NCBI GenBank assembly: GCA_035446285.1
Contig: DAOMSJ010000002.1
Location: forward strand, 9,369 to 73,368
From: Anaerolineales bacterium
GTDB taxonomy: Bacteria > Chloroflexota > Anaerolineae > Anaerolineales > UBA11579
Length of the DNA stretch: 64,000 nt
Direction: 5' to 3'
Made by a program: the position numbers and the translations under genes. Below the pieces are notes generated by a model, which had not been told where the DNA came from, did no database searches, and saw only the letters and a list, made by a program, of their open reading frames with translations. Of the stretch, positions 11,125 to 19,509 are shown piece after piece (the stretch's first letter is position 1; every line of letters starts with the position of its first letter).

Positions 11125-12269
11125 AATTTTCTATACTTCTACCCACACGAAACGGTGGAGATTTCCTGCGCCATTGCATAGAGTCAATTCTAAGTCAGAA
11201 TTTTGTTGATTTTGAACTCGTGGTTTCTGACAATGCAAACACTGATGCCACACCCAAGATTCTTGAAGACTTTGCAACGGAACCGCGACTGAAAGTCATT
11301 CGCCAACCAAACGCTCTTTCCGTTGTAGAAAACTGGAATGCTGCACTTCTTGCTTCGAGCGGAGATTATTGTTTAGTCCTGGGTGATGATGATTACCTTC
11401 TTCCGGGTGCTCTTCAACGACTCGACAAGATTCTAAACGAACATCATCCTGACTGCATCTTGTACAACGGGTTTTCATATATAGCCCCAAACACACTGGA
11501 GGCTGATGGAAAGAGTTACTGGGCCGAATGGCATTATCACTATGAGGTCGATTTTAAGTCTGAAGAATTCCTGACGCTGCCTCACCGTATGAGTATCGTC
11601 AAGGACATGTTCAGGTTTGCCCAACGTATTCCATTGAACATGCAGACGGCTGTTTTCTCAAGAGCAGCCATGGAAAAGGCTTCTGGCCTCAAATTTGAGG
11701 CACCCTTTCCGGATCACTATCTTTTAAATGCATTGCTCATCTCTGCAGAAAAATGGCTATACGTAAATGAAAGGCTTGTAGTAATTGGCGCAAGCCCAAA
11801 ATCCTTCGGTCACCATTTCTATAAACGCAAGACCAGTGAGGGTCTAGACTATCTAGGGATTAGCACAAGATTTCCGGGAGCACTACCCGGCAATGAACTA
11901 CTCAATGGCATGTATTCATGGCTACTTAAGCTCAAGTCAAATTTTCCAGAAGAACTCGAGCATATTCACATCGACCGCGGAGGATATGTTTTACGGCAAG
12001 TATATTTTTGGATCTCCCAATGGCATCTTGACTTGCTTACCTTACGGCAACTTATAATTTTATTACTACAGCCGGACCTGCTGAGCTGGGGTAAAGCGCT
12101 CATAAAAGCACTTGAGCCGAGGAATATAATGCGTCTTTTTAGCGCGGTGCGCTTCATAACACAATCGCAGAGTCATTCTTGGCGAGGACTGAAGCCAGTG
12201 GAGGGGGTGAACAACATCCAAGACTTTGCTCATTTAGTTTCTTTAGATTTTTTGTCCAATAATGAGTAG
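11121..12269 (+). CDS. glycosyltransferase family 2 (GT-A fold)
   Basis: Track start 10968 trimmed to ATG 11121 (ATGA overlap). KFSILLPTRNGGDFLRHCIESILSQ, ELVVSDNANTD, and VLGDDDYL (DxD). Confidence 0.7.
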   Translation: MKFSILLPTRNGGDFLRHCIESILSQNFVDFELVVSDNANTDATPKILEDFATEPRLKVIRQPNALSVVENWNAALLASSGDYCLVLGDDDYLLPGALQRLDKILNEHHPDCILYNGFSYIAPNTLEADGKSYWAEWHYHYEVDFKSEEFLTLPHRMSIVKDMFRFAQRIPLNMQTAVFSRAAMEKASGLKFEAPFPDHYLLNALLISAEKWLYVNERLVVIGASPKSFGHHFYKRKTSEGLDYLGISTRFPGALPGNELLNGMYSWLLKLKSNFPEELEHIHIDRGGYVLRQVYFWISQWHLDLLTLRQLIILLLQPDLLSWGKALIKALEPRNIMRLFSAVRFITQSQSHSWRGLKPVEGVNNIQDFAHLVSLDFLSNNE

Positions 12270-13323
12270 TTATCACCCTCGTATTGGTTACGTTCCTTAC
12301 CGTCTTGACTTAATTAGTCCAGGGGACATTAGGCGTTTTGTAGCCTATGCGCGTGCGCGCGCGATTAAATTCGAAATTGCTGATTACAAGCAAAAGTACG
12401 ACTTTGTTGTTCTTAGCGAAGCTGCCGATATAACGCTGTGGCAGGATTACCCCCATGGCAAGATTGTGTACGATCTAATCGACTCATATCTGTCCATCCC
12501 GCGAACCAATATGCGCCACTGGTTGCAAGGCACCGTGGCTTTTGTGGCTGGCAGGCACCAGCGACTGCAACTGGACTACTGGGAATCTATAGCGAGGATG
12601 TGCCAACGCTCAAACGCTGTCGTGTGCGCAACCCCAGAGCAACAAGAGCTGATCCAGGCTTACTGTCAAAATTCTCACGTCATCTTGGATATCCATACAC
12701 CGCTGATAACCAAGGTAAAGGAGAATTACGATCTAAGCAGGCCGATCAATTTAGTATGGGAGGGATTACCGATCAATGTTGAGCAACTACTCCAAATCAG
12801 CGATGTCTTGCGTAAGGTGCAGACGCAACACCCTCAGAAACTAAATTTGGTCACTGACCTGAGCTACCCGCGATTCATGAATCGCTTTGGCCTAGTTGAG
12901 ACACTGAAAATAGCTAAGAGAATTTTTGATGCTGTTGAAGTGCACGCTTGGAATGCCACGAGTTTAGCTGAAACAATTTGCAACTTTGATATCGCCATTA
13001 TCCCTATCAACCTGGCAGACAGCTTTGTTGCAGGCAAGCCAGAGAACAAGCTGCTACTTCTCTGGCGCATGGGATTACCCGTTGTTACATCAGCCACGCC
13101 CTCCTACAAGCGAGCCATGAAGAACGTGGGAACGGAGTATCTGGCCTGCGAGACACAAGCCGAATGGGAAACCGCCCTTAATACGATGATCAAGGATAAA
13201 AGTGTTCGGAGCCAAGCTGCCTTAAGTGGCAAAGCGTATGCTGAACAGTATTTTAGTGAAGATATCTTGCTCAAGAAATGGGATGATGTTTTCTCTTCAG
13301 TAGGTTTCACTACTTCAGTATAG
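12262..13323 (+). CDS. hypothetical protein, possibly a GT-B-like glycosyltransferase
   Basis: 353-aa ORF with an 8-nt overlap on the upstream stop. Only a weak C-terminal resemblance (LLLLWRMGLPVVTSATPSYKRAM) to GT-B nucleotide-sugar domains. The call rests mainly on context. Confidence 0.35.
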   Translation: MSSYHPRIGYVPYRLDLISPGDIRRFVAYARARAIKFEIADYKQKYDFVVLSEAADITLWQDYPHGKIVYDLIDSYLSIPRTNMRHWLQGTVAFVAGRHQRLQLDYWESIARMCQRSNAVVCATPEQQELIQAYCQNSHVILDIHTPLITKVKENYDLSRPINLVWEGLPINVEQLLQISDVLRKVQTQHPQKLNLVTDLSYPRFMNRFGLVETLKIAKRIFDAVEVHAWNATSLAETICNFDIAIIPINLADSFVAGKPENKLLLLWRMGLPVVTSATPSYKRAMKNVGTEYLACETQAEWETALNTMIKDKSVRSQAALSGKAYAEQYFSEDILLKKWDDVFSSVGFTTSV

Positions 13324-13399
13324 GAGAGTACTGAGTGCCCCGAATCACCATGAACTATAGATTTATCTAGCATATTCAGCTGATATCAAGACCTGAAGA

Positions 13400-14551
13400 A
13401 TGAACCCGCTCCCCCACATCACTCACATCATTACTGGCCTTGGCTTGGGGGGCGCCGAGCAGGCTTTGCTGCGGCTTGTGAAAGCCAGCCAGGGCAAGCT
13501 CCTCAATAACTCTGTGATCTCATTGCAGGCTGGCGGCGCTCTGGTTGCCGCATTTGAGGAGGCCGGCGTGCCTGTCTATGAACTCGGCCTTAACCCGCGG
13601 CTTCCAAATCCATTCAAGCTGCTCCATCTGATCTCGGCAATCAGAGCCAGCAAGCCTGATCTTGTGCAGACCTGGATGTATCATGCAGACTTGCTAGGCG
13701 GCTTGGCGGCCAAGTTGGCACGTAGAGTTCCAATCGTATGGAACATTCGCAATCTTAGCTTCGACCAGCAATACCCTAACCGTCTCACTCAGGCTGTGGT
13801 ACGCTTGAACGCGATTGCCTCAGGCATTGTTCCGGATAAGATCATCTCTAACTCGGTTGCGGCCCGAGATGAGCACATACGCCTGGGCTATGCAAAAGAC
13901 AGGATGCTAGTCATCCCTAACGGGTTCGATCTGGCCGTGTATGCTCCAAACAACGCCAGCCGGCGGGAGTTGCGGGAAGAGCTAGGTGTGAGTCACGACT
14001 CTCTCTTGGTCGGGCTGATGGCCCGCTTTGATCCGCTCAAGGACCATGCCAGCTTTGTGCAGGCGGCCGCTCTGCTAGCGGTTGAGTTCAAGCACATCCA
14101 TTTTGTTTTGGCTGGGACCCATATCACTTGGGAAAATAAAACCCTGCGGCAAGTAATTGAAGACACTGGGCTCAGACATGCATTCAGCCTGCTTGGGCCA
14201 CGCGCAGACGTGCCCCGCATTATGCCGGCGCTCGACCTGCTGGTTTCCGCTTCGGTCAGCGAGAGCTTCCCCAACATTGTGGGCGAAGCCATGGCCTCTG
14301 GTGTTCCCTGTGTGGTTACTGACGTTGGTGATTCACGGATTCTGGTCGGGGATACCGGGTTAGTCGTTCCACCGAGAGATCCAAAACAATTGGCGCACGC
14401 GTGCGCCAAGGTTCTAAAGCAAAGCCAGACTCAGCGGCTTGAACTTGGCCAAGCCGCCCGTCAACGCATCCAATCCAACTTTTCACTTGAGTTGTCTTTG
14501 GAAAACTATTCGCGTCTATATACGGAGCTTATTCGACAAAAGCAATTGTAA
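13400..14551 (+). CDS. glycosyltransferase, GT-B fold (Glycos_transf_1 / GT4-like)
   Basis: 383 aa. ITGLGLGGAEQ N-terminal loop. C-terminal VSASVSESFPNIVGEAMASGVPCVVTDVGDSRILVGDTGLVV. Confidence 0.8.
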   Translation: MNPLPHITHIITGLGLGGAEQALLRLVKASQGKLLNNSVISLQAGGALVAAFEEAGVPVYELGLNPRLPNPFKLLHLISAIRASKPDLVQTWMYHADLLGGLAAKLARRVPIVWNIRNLSFDQQYPNRLTQAVVRLNAIASGIVPDKIISNSVAARDEHIRLGYAKDRMLVIPNGFDLAVYAPNNASRRELREELGVSHDSLLVGLMARFDPLKDHASFVQAAALLAVEFKHIHFVLAGTHITWENKTLRQVIEDTGLRHAFSLLGPRADVPRIMPALDLLVSASVSESFPNIVGEAMASGVPCVVTDVGDSRILVGDTGLVVPPRDPKQLAHACAKVLKQSQTQRLELGQAARQRIQSNFSLELSLENYSRLYTELIRQKQL

Positions 14552-14552
14552 G

Positions 14553-14636
14553 TAGCTCGGGTGGGAATCGAACCCACAAGAGGTTGCCCTCGGAGGATTT
14601 TAAGTCCCCTGCGTCTGCCAGTTCCGCCACCGAGCC
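14553..14636 (-). tRNA. tRNA-Leu (anticodon UAA), class II with long variable arm
   Basis: Hand-folded cloverleaf: GGCTCGG TG GCG GAACTGGCAGA CGC A GGGGA CTTAAAA TCCTC CGAGGGCAACCTCTT GTGGG TTCGATT CCCAC CCGAGCT A. 84 nt. CCA is not encoded. Confidence 0.85.
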
Positions 14637-14680
14637 GTGGATGCGTAAACGCGGAGTGATTTTATCGCAGTTAAGCGTGC

Positions 14681-14778
14681 CAGTAAGTAGTGATTAGTAA
14701 TCAGTAACCAGGGACACCTTGTTCACTGTTTCACTGTTCACTTCTCCCTGTTCACGCCTCACCGGCTCACTCGATTCA
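14681..14778. repeat. heptanucleotide-phased tract (CAGTAAG TAGTGAT TAGTAAT CAGTAAC ... TTCACTG TTCACTT CTCCCTG TTCACGC CTCACCG GCTCACT)
   Basis: Parsed by eye into 7-nt units. The right end runs into the last codons and stop of the PHP gene. It shares an exact 14-mer TCACTGTTCACTTC (14731-14744) with 54907-54920. Confidence 0.7.
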
Positions 14779-15424
14779 CAATCGCGGCATAGCGCGAGGC
14801 TAAACGAATAAGCGGCCCGCTGGCGCGCTTGGTGTACTGGGCCAGCGGCATGGCTGCCCGCAGGCTGGCCGCATCCGTAAACTCCGGCACCTGCATGGTG
14901 GCGCGACCCACCTCGATGAGGGTGTGCGCGTCGGAGCCAGCGGTGCCGCCCAGCTTGAAGCGGGTGGCGAAGCGCTCGGCGGCCTCGTTGTAGGCGGGGC
15001 GGATGTTGCGCGCATTGAATATCTCGACGGCGTCCACATGCGGCGCAATCGACTCCAGGGCGCGCAGCTCCCAGCCGCGGCGTGGGTCAAATGGGTGCGA
15101 GACGCTGATGTAGGCGCCCTGCTCGCGCAGGATATGGATAGCTTCCATCGGCGGCAGGTGGCGCGGCACTTCTTCGGTGACGAAGAAGGCCAGCAGCTCA
15201 CCCTGCTCGGTCATGATCTCCTCGCCAATTATGATGAGTTCGGGGTCAAGCTGTTTGGCGCGCACCGCCCCACTGATGGAGTTGTGGTCGGTAATCACCA
15301 GGCGGTCAATGCCGCGCTGGCGAGCCGTCTTGATGAGGTCCTCTACGCGCACGCGGCAATCGCCGCTGGCGTCCGTGTGGCAGTGGGTTTCTACGGTGAG
15401 CATGGGGGGATTGTAACGGCTCAT
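14759..15424 (-). CDS. PHP-domain metal-dependent phosphoesterase
   Basis: 221 aa. Ligand pattern CHTDASGDC, ITDHNSISG, SHPFD, GSDAHT. Confidence 0.7.
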   Translation of the reverse strand: MSRYNPPMLTVETHCHTDASGDCRVRVEDLIKTARQRGIDRLVITDHNSISGAVRAKQLDPELIIIGEEIMTEQGELLAFFVTEEVPRHLPPMEAIHILREQGAYISVSHPFDPRRGWELRALESIAPHVDAVEIFNARNIRPAYNEAAERFATRFKLGGTAGSDAHTLIEVGRATMQVPEFTDAASLRAAMPLAQYTKRASGPLIRLASRYAAIVNRVSR

Positions 15425-15698
15425 CTTCCATCATTGTAAGGAGGTGAAACCGCTTAGTTGTTTAACGACGAGATAATCAAGATCAAACCTTTTCTCTTTT
15501 AGGGGCTTCGCCCCTATGACCCCACTGGGGGAACCAAAGTTTGTTCCCCCAGACCCCCTCCACAAACGTTCGTGTATCTTTGCATTCACGAAGGATTTCT
15601 CTGCGATTCTGCTTGACTTTATTTTGTGACAGCAAGAAAGTCTTCTGGCTATTACCACTTTGTCAAATTGCGCTTAGAATCAGAACAGGTTAAAAAAT

Positions 15699-16622
15699 AT
15701 GAAACTACCCGGTATGTTCAAACTCTCCCCTGAAGTCAGCAAGGCCATCCTGCACGGCAAGCCGGTGGTGGCCTTGGAATCCACAGTGATTACGCACGGG
15801 CTGCCGCGCCCGCAGAATTTGGAGCTGGCCCAGTCGCTGGAAGCCATTGTGCGCGAGGGCGGCGCTACCCCGGCCACCATCGCCGTGATCGATGGCGAAC
15901 TGTGCGTTGGGTTGGAGCCGGCCCAGCTCGAGGCGCTGGCCAATAATCCCAGTGTGCGCAAGCTGAGCAGCCGTGACCTGGCGGCGGCGGTGGCCCAGAA
16001 GGCCAGTGGCGGCACCACGGTGGCGGCCACGCTGCGCATCGCCGCCAGCTCCCGCATTCGTGTCTTCGCTACCGGTGGGATCGGCGGTGTACACCGCGGC
16101 AGCCAATGGGACATTTCCGCAGACCTGCCCGAGCTGGCGCGCCAGCCGCTGGTACTGGTGTGCGCCGGGGCCAAAGCCATCCTCGATCTGCCGGCTACCC
16201 TGGAACAGTTCGAGACGCTGGGCGTGCCGGTGGTGGGCTATGGAAGCGACAACTACCCAGCGTTCTACTCCGTGGAGAGCGGGCTGAGCACCAGCAACCG
16301 TGTGGACAGCGCGGCTGAAGCCGCCATGCTGGCACGCACCCACTGGCAGCTGGGCGGCGGCGGCGTGCTGCTGGCCGCGCCCCCGCCCGTGGAGACGGCC
16401 ATCGAGCGCGAGGAAGTGGAGGCGTGGATCGTGCAGGCGCAGGCCGAAGCCGACGCGCAGGACATCCGCGGGCAGCGCGTATCCCCGTTCCTGCTGGCAC
16501 GTGTGGCCGAGCTCAGTAACGGGCGCAGCCTGCAGGCAAATCTGGCGCTGCTGAAGAATAATGCGCGCATCGCGGCGGAGATCGCCAAGGAATTGGCTTC
16601 GGCCAATACCCTAAATGCCTAG
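15699..16622 (+). CDS. psuG: pseudouridine-5'-phosphate glycosidase
   Basis: 307 aa. GKPVVALESTVITHGLPRPQNLE and TGGIGGVHRG blocks. Full-length IndA/PsuG architecture. Confidence 0.85.
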   Translation: MKLPGMFKLSPEVSKAILHGKPVVALESTVITHGLPRPQNLELAQSLEAIVREGGATPATIAVIDGELCVGLEPAQLEALANNPSVRKLSSRDLAAAVAQKASGGTTVAATLRIAASSRIRVFATGGIGGVHRGSQWDISADLPELARQPLVLVCAGAKAILDLPATLEQFETLGVPVVGYGSDNYPAFYSVESGLSTSNRVDSAAEAAMLARTHWQLGGGGVLLAAPPPVETAIEREEVEAWIVQAQAEADAQDIRGQRVSPFLLARVAELSNGRSLQANLALLKNNARIAAEIAKELASANTLNA

Positions 16623-16682
16623 CCACAAAGACACAAAGGGCTCAAAGGGAATTTTTAGAACTTTGTGTTTGTGTCCTTGTGG
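16623..16682. terminator. imperfect inverted repeat between convergent genes (possible bidirectional terminator)
   Basis: CCACAAAGACACAAAG ... CTTTGTGTTTGTGTCCTTGTGG with a T-run in the loop region. The pairing is imperfect. Confidence 0.35.
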
Positions 16683-16688
16683 TTCGAT

Positions 16689-17639
16689 TTAAGGTGTCGC
16701 CGTCGGTTGGCGTGTGTGCGTAGCCGATGGCACAGGGGTCGGCGTGCGCGTGGGGCTGGGGGTCGGCGTAGGCGTCTGCGAGGGCGTGGGCGTGCTGGTA
16801 GACGGCAGGCCGATCACCTCAAAATTCCCAACGAGCTTGACCTCGCCGCCCACGTACATCTCCACCTGATAGCGGCCGGGCAGCCACTCCTCGGCAGGGG
16901 CTAGCCACTCGGTGTAGCCGAAGCCGCCGGTGCCACCATCCCAAGGTTTCGTCTCGTAATGCACCAGCACGCCGTCTCGATACCATAGCGCAGTCCACTG
17001 CACGTCTGGCTGCATCTGGTCATAGCTGAACAACGCATAGATGCCCGCCACGGGGTGCTCAAACACGGCGCCCTCGCTGATCGGCAGATAGTTGCTTAAG
17101 TTGATGCCGCGGGCAAAGACGAAGGGGCTGAACACCGCCGCGCCACTGGGTGTAACCTGTGAGCTAAACTCGGCGGCGATCTCATCGGGCAGCACCGGCA
17201 CTGGCGTGATGCTGGGTGTGAGCGTAAACTGCAAAGTGGGTGTTTCGCTGGGGGTCAGGGTTAGCGAAGGGGTCAGCGAGGGCGTGAAGGTGAGCGAAGG
17301 CGTGGGGCTGAGCGTTGGGGTCAGCGTGACAGGGAAGATAGCGTAGGCGGTGCGCTCGCCGTAAAACATAGACCAGCCGCCCAGCGCAAACAGCAGGATG
17401 CCGATGAAGATGCTGCGCCAGCCGGAGAATTTGCGCTGCTGGCGCACGCGATAGAACGGCACCTCGGCCGCAGAGCGAAGTGAGGCTCGACCCGCAAACA
17501 CTGCGTACACCCCAAAAAAGAGCAGGATGTACGTAGCCGTGCGGATAAAACTTTGCAGGTCAACAGAGAACGAAGGCATCGGCGAGGCAATTATATGCGC
17601 AGCGGCTGTCGGCGCCGCATAGGCTCTCATACGGCTCAC
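16689..17639 (-). CDS. membrane-anchored protein with Thr/Pro/Ser-rich linkers, function unknown
   Basis: 316-aa ORF with N-terminal hydrophobic spans. Repeat TLTPTLSPTPSLTFTPSLTPSLTLTPSETPTLQFTLTPSITP, then a globular segment, then a second TP-rich tail. Start codon not resolved. Confidence 0.5.
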   Translation of the reverse strand: MSRMRAYAAPTAAAHIIASPMPSFSVDLQSFIRTATYILLFFGVYAVFAGRASLRSAAEVPFYRVRQQRKFSGWRSIFIGILLFALGGWSMFYGERTAYAIFPVTLTPTLSPTPSLTFTPSLTPSLTLTPSETPTLQFTLTPSITPVPVLPDEIAAEFSSQVTPSGAAVFSPFVFARGINLSNYLPISEGAVFEHPVAGIYALFSYDQMQPDVQWTALWYRDGVLVHYETKPWDGGTGGFGYTEWLAPAEEWLPGRYQVEMYVGGEVKLVGNFEVIGLPSTSTPTPSQTPTPTPSPTRTPTPVPSATHTRQPTATP

Positions 17640-17676
17640 ATTTCCAGCCGCACCTGCGTCTTGTTAGAATAGATAC

Positions 17677-18735
17677 ATGAGCACACCGCAGATCTCACGC
17701 AAGGAGTTCATGCAGCTGGGCGGGCTGGCCCTCGGCGGGCTAGCGCTGGGCGCCTCGCCCTTGCAGCCGCTGGTGCAACCGGCCAACAGCAAGCCCAACG
17801 AGGCCGCCGGCCTGGTGCGTGTGGCGGTCAAAGAGATGCGTCTCTACAGCGAGCCCTCCTACCAGAGCGACGTAGTAGCCACGCGCACCCGTGATCAGCT
17901 GCTGTATGTCTTCGAAGAATTCGAGTCAGACCTGGGGCCGGATTTCAATCCGCGCTGGTACAAGGTAGACGAGGGCTATGCCCACACCGCCTACTTGCAG
18001 CCGGTGCAAACCCATCTGCAAACCCCGCAAGTGCACATCAACCCGCAGGGTGAGCTGTTCGAAGTCAGCGTGCCGCTCACACAGTCGTATCGCTTCACGC
18101 GCGCCCGAGGCTGGGAGAAGCTGTACCGCCTGTACTATCTCTCCACACACTGGGTCACCGGCATCGCCGAAGGCCCGGACGGGGCGCTTTGGTATGAGAT
18201 CACCGATGAGCTGCTCAAGATCACCTACCACGTGCTTGCCGAGCACCTGCGCAAAGTGCCCGCCAGGGAGCTGACCCCGGTCAACGCCCATATTCCGCTG
18301 CATCAAAAATACGTTGAAGTCAGCATTCCTGAGCAGCGCATGTGGGTGTACGAAGAAGGCGCGTTGATCATGGATACCAAAGTATCCACGGGCATTCCCT
18401 ACCTGGTCAGCACCAATGGCATCCCCACCGCCACACCCAAGGGCGGCTTCACCGTGTTCTCGAAGATGCCCGTGCGCCACATGGGCGATGGCTACATCAC
18501 CGATGATGTTGAAGCCTATGAGTTGCCCGGTGTGCCGTGGGTCTCGTATTTTCACGAATGGGGCGTGGCTTTCCACGGCACCTACTGGCACGATAACTAC
18601 GGCAATGAGATGAGCCACGGTTGCGTCAACATGAAGCCGCACGAGGCGAAGTGGCTGTTTCGCTGGTTGATGCCGGAGAGCAAGTACGGTCAAATCCAGA
18701 CCGTGGGCAACGGCACACGTATCGTGGTGCGCTAG
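17677..18735 (+). CDS. L,D-transpeptidase (YkuD domain)
   Basis: 352 aa. Signal-like N-terminus SRKEFMQLGGLALGGLALGA. Catalytic block FHGTYWHDNYGNEMSHGCVNM. Confidence 0.75.
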   Translation: MSTPQISRKEFMQLGGLALGGLALGASPLQPLVQPANSKPNEAAGLVRVAVKEMRLYSEPSYQSDVVATRTRDQLLYVFEEFESDLGPDFNPRWYKVDEGYAHTAYLQPVQTHLQTPQVHINPQGELFEVSVPLTQSYRFTRARGWEKLYRLYYLSTHWVTGIAEGPDGALWYEITDELLKITYHVLAEHLRKVPARELTPVNAHIPLHQKYVEVSIPEQRMWVYEEGALIMDTKVSTGIPYLVSTNGIPTATPKGGFTVFSKMPVRHMGDGYITDDVEAYELPGVPWVSYFHEWGVAFHGTYWHDNYGNEMSHGCVNMKPHEAKWLFRWLMPESKYGQIQTVGNGTRIVVR

Positions 18736-18782
18736 CTGCCCTGTGCAGCGGCGTATAATCCAGTTTAACTATCCACCAGTAA

Positions 18783-19346
18783 GTGAGAGGACCTGTCTTG
18801 AAGAAGCGATTGCTTGTTGTATTTGTCTTGCTTGCCTTTGCCCTGGCTGCCTGCAGCAACGCTGACGGCCGCTGGCACACGCACGAAGCCTACAGCCGCC
18901 CCACCCCGGCTGGTGGTACGGGTGCCGCCTATTTCATGCTGCACAATGCCACCGAGACTGATGATGTGCTGATCGGCGCCTCTTCCCCAGTTGCCGAGGC
19001 CGTGGAAATTCACATGAGTAGCCTGATGGCCGAGAGCAGCGTGGACGCCGAAGGACAAGAAGCAAACCATGATCAGACTGACAACAGCGACGATGATGCC
19101 CAGGCTGGTATGGATCACAGCATGGGAGAAGCCGAGATGCAAGACATGTCCCATGTGGGCAGTATGGTGATGGTGGAGCGTGTGGAGCTGGCAGCCGGGG
19201 ATGAGATCCCCTTTGAGCCAGGCGGCTATCACATTATGCTGATCAACCTGCAGCAAGAATTGAAGGCAGGCGATGTATTTGAGCTCAGCCTGCATTTTGA
19301 ACATGCTGAAGACCTCACCATTGAAGTAACGGTGATGGCTCCGTAG
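18783..19346 (+). CDS. copper chaperone PCu(A)C (DUF461), lipoprotein-like
   Basis: 187 aa. LLAFALAAC lipobox-like N-terminus. Blocks AYFMLHN, VEIHMS, GGYHIMLINL. An acidic/His/Met-rich insertion lies between the blocks. Confidence 0.7.
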   Translation: MRGPVLKKRLLVVFVLLAFALAACSNADGRWHTHEAYSRPTPAGGTGAAYFMLHNATETDDVLIGASSPVAEAVEIHMSSLMAESSVDAEGQEANHDQTDNSDDDAQAGMDHSMGEAEMQDMSHVGSMVMVERVELAAGDEIPFEPGGYHIMLINLQQELKAGDVFELSLHFEHAEDLTIEVTVMAP

Positions 19347-19354
19347 GATTTTCA

Positions 19355-19452
19355 GTCATTGCGAGCGAAGCGAAGCAATCTGGTTTTATGCTTCAAGCTT
19401 AGAACCAGATTGCTTCGTCAGCACAACTTTGTTGCGCAATCCTCGCAATGAC
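19355..19452. repeat. nested palindromic (MITE/REP-like) element
   Basis: Outer arms GTCATTGCGAG (19355-19365) and CTCGCAATGAC (19442-19452). Inner arms GAAGCAATCTGGTT (19372-19385) and AACCAGATTGCTTC (19403-19416). Confidence 0.7.
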
Positions 19453-19457
19453 AGGGT

Positions 19458-19491
19458 AAAAAAAACAGGCGCACAATGTGCGCCTGTTTTT
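19458..19491. terminator. bidirectional intrinsic terminator
   Basis: A-run, then ACAGGCGCAC aat GTGCGCCTGT, then T-run. Lies between the convergent PCu(A)C and ctaA-ctaB genes. Confidence 0.8.
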
Positions 19492-19509
19492 ATATCCACT
19501 CAGAGCTAC

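Noticed and set aside
15431-15658. 75-aa minus-strand ORF in the PHP/psuG intergenic region
   Set aside because: It reads straight through two GC hairpins, has no ribosome-binding site, and has a Gly/Pro/Ser-rich odd composition.
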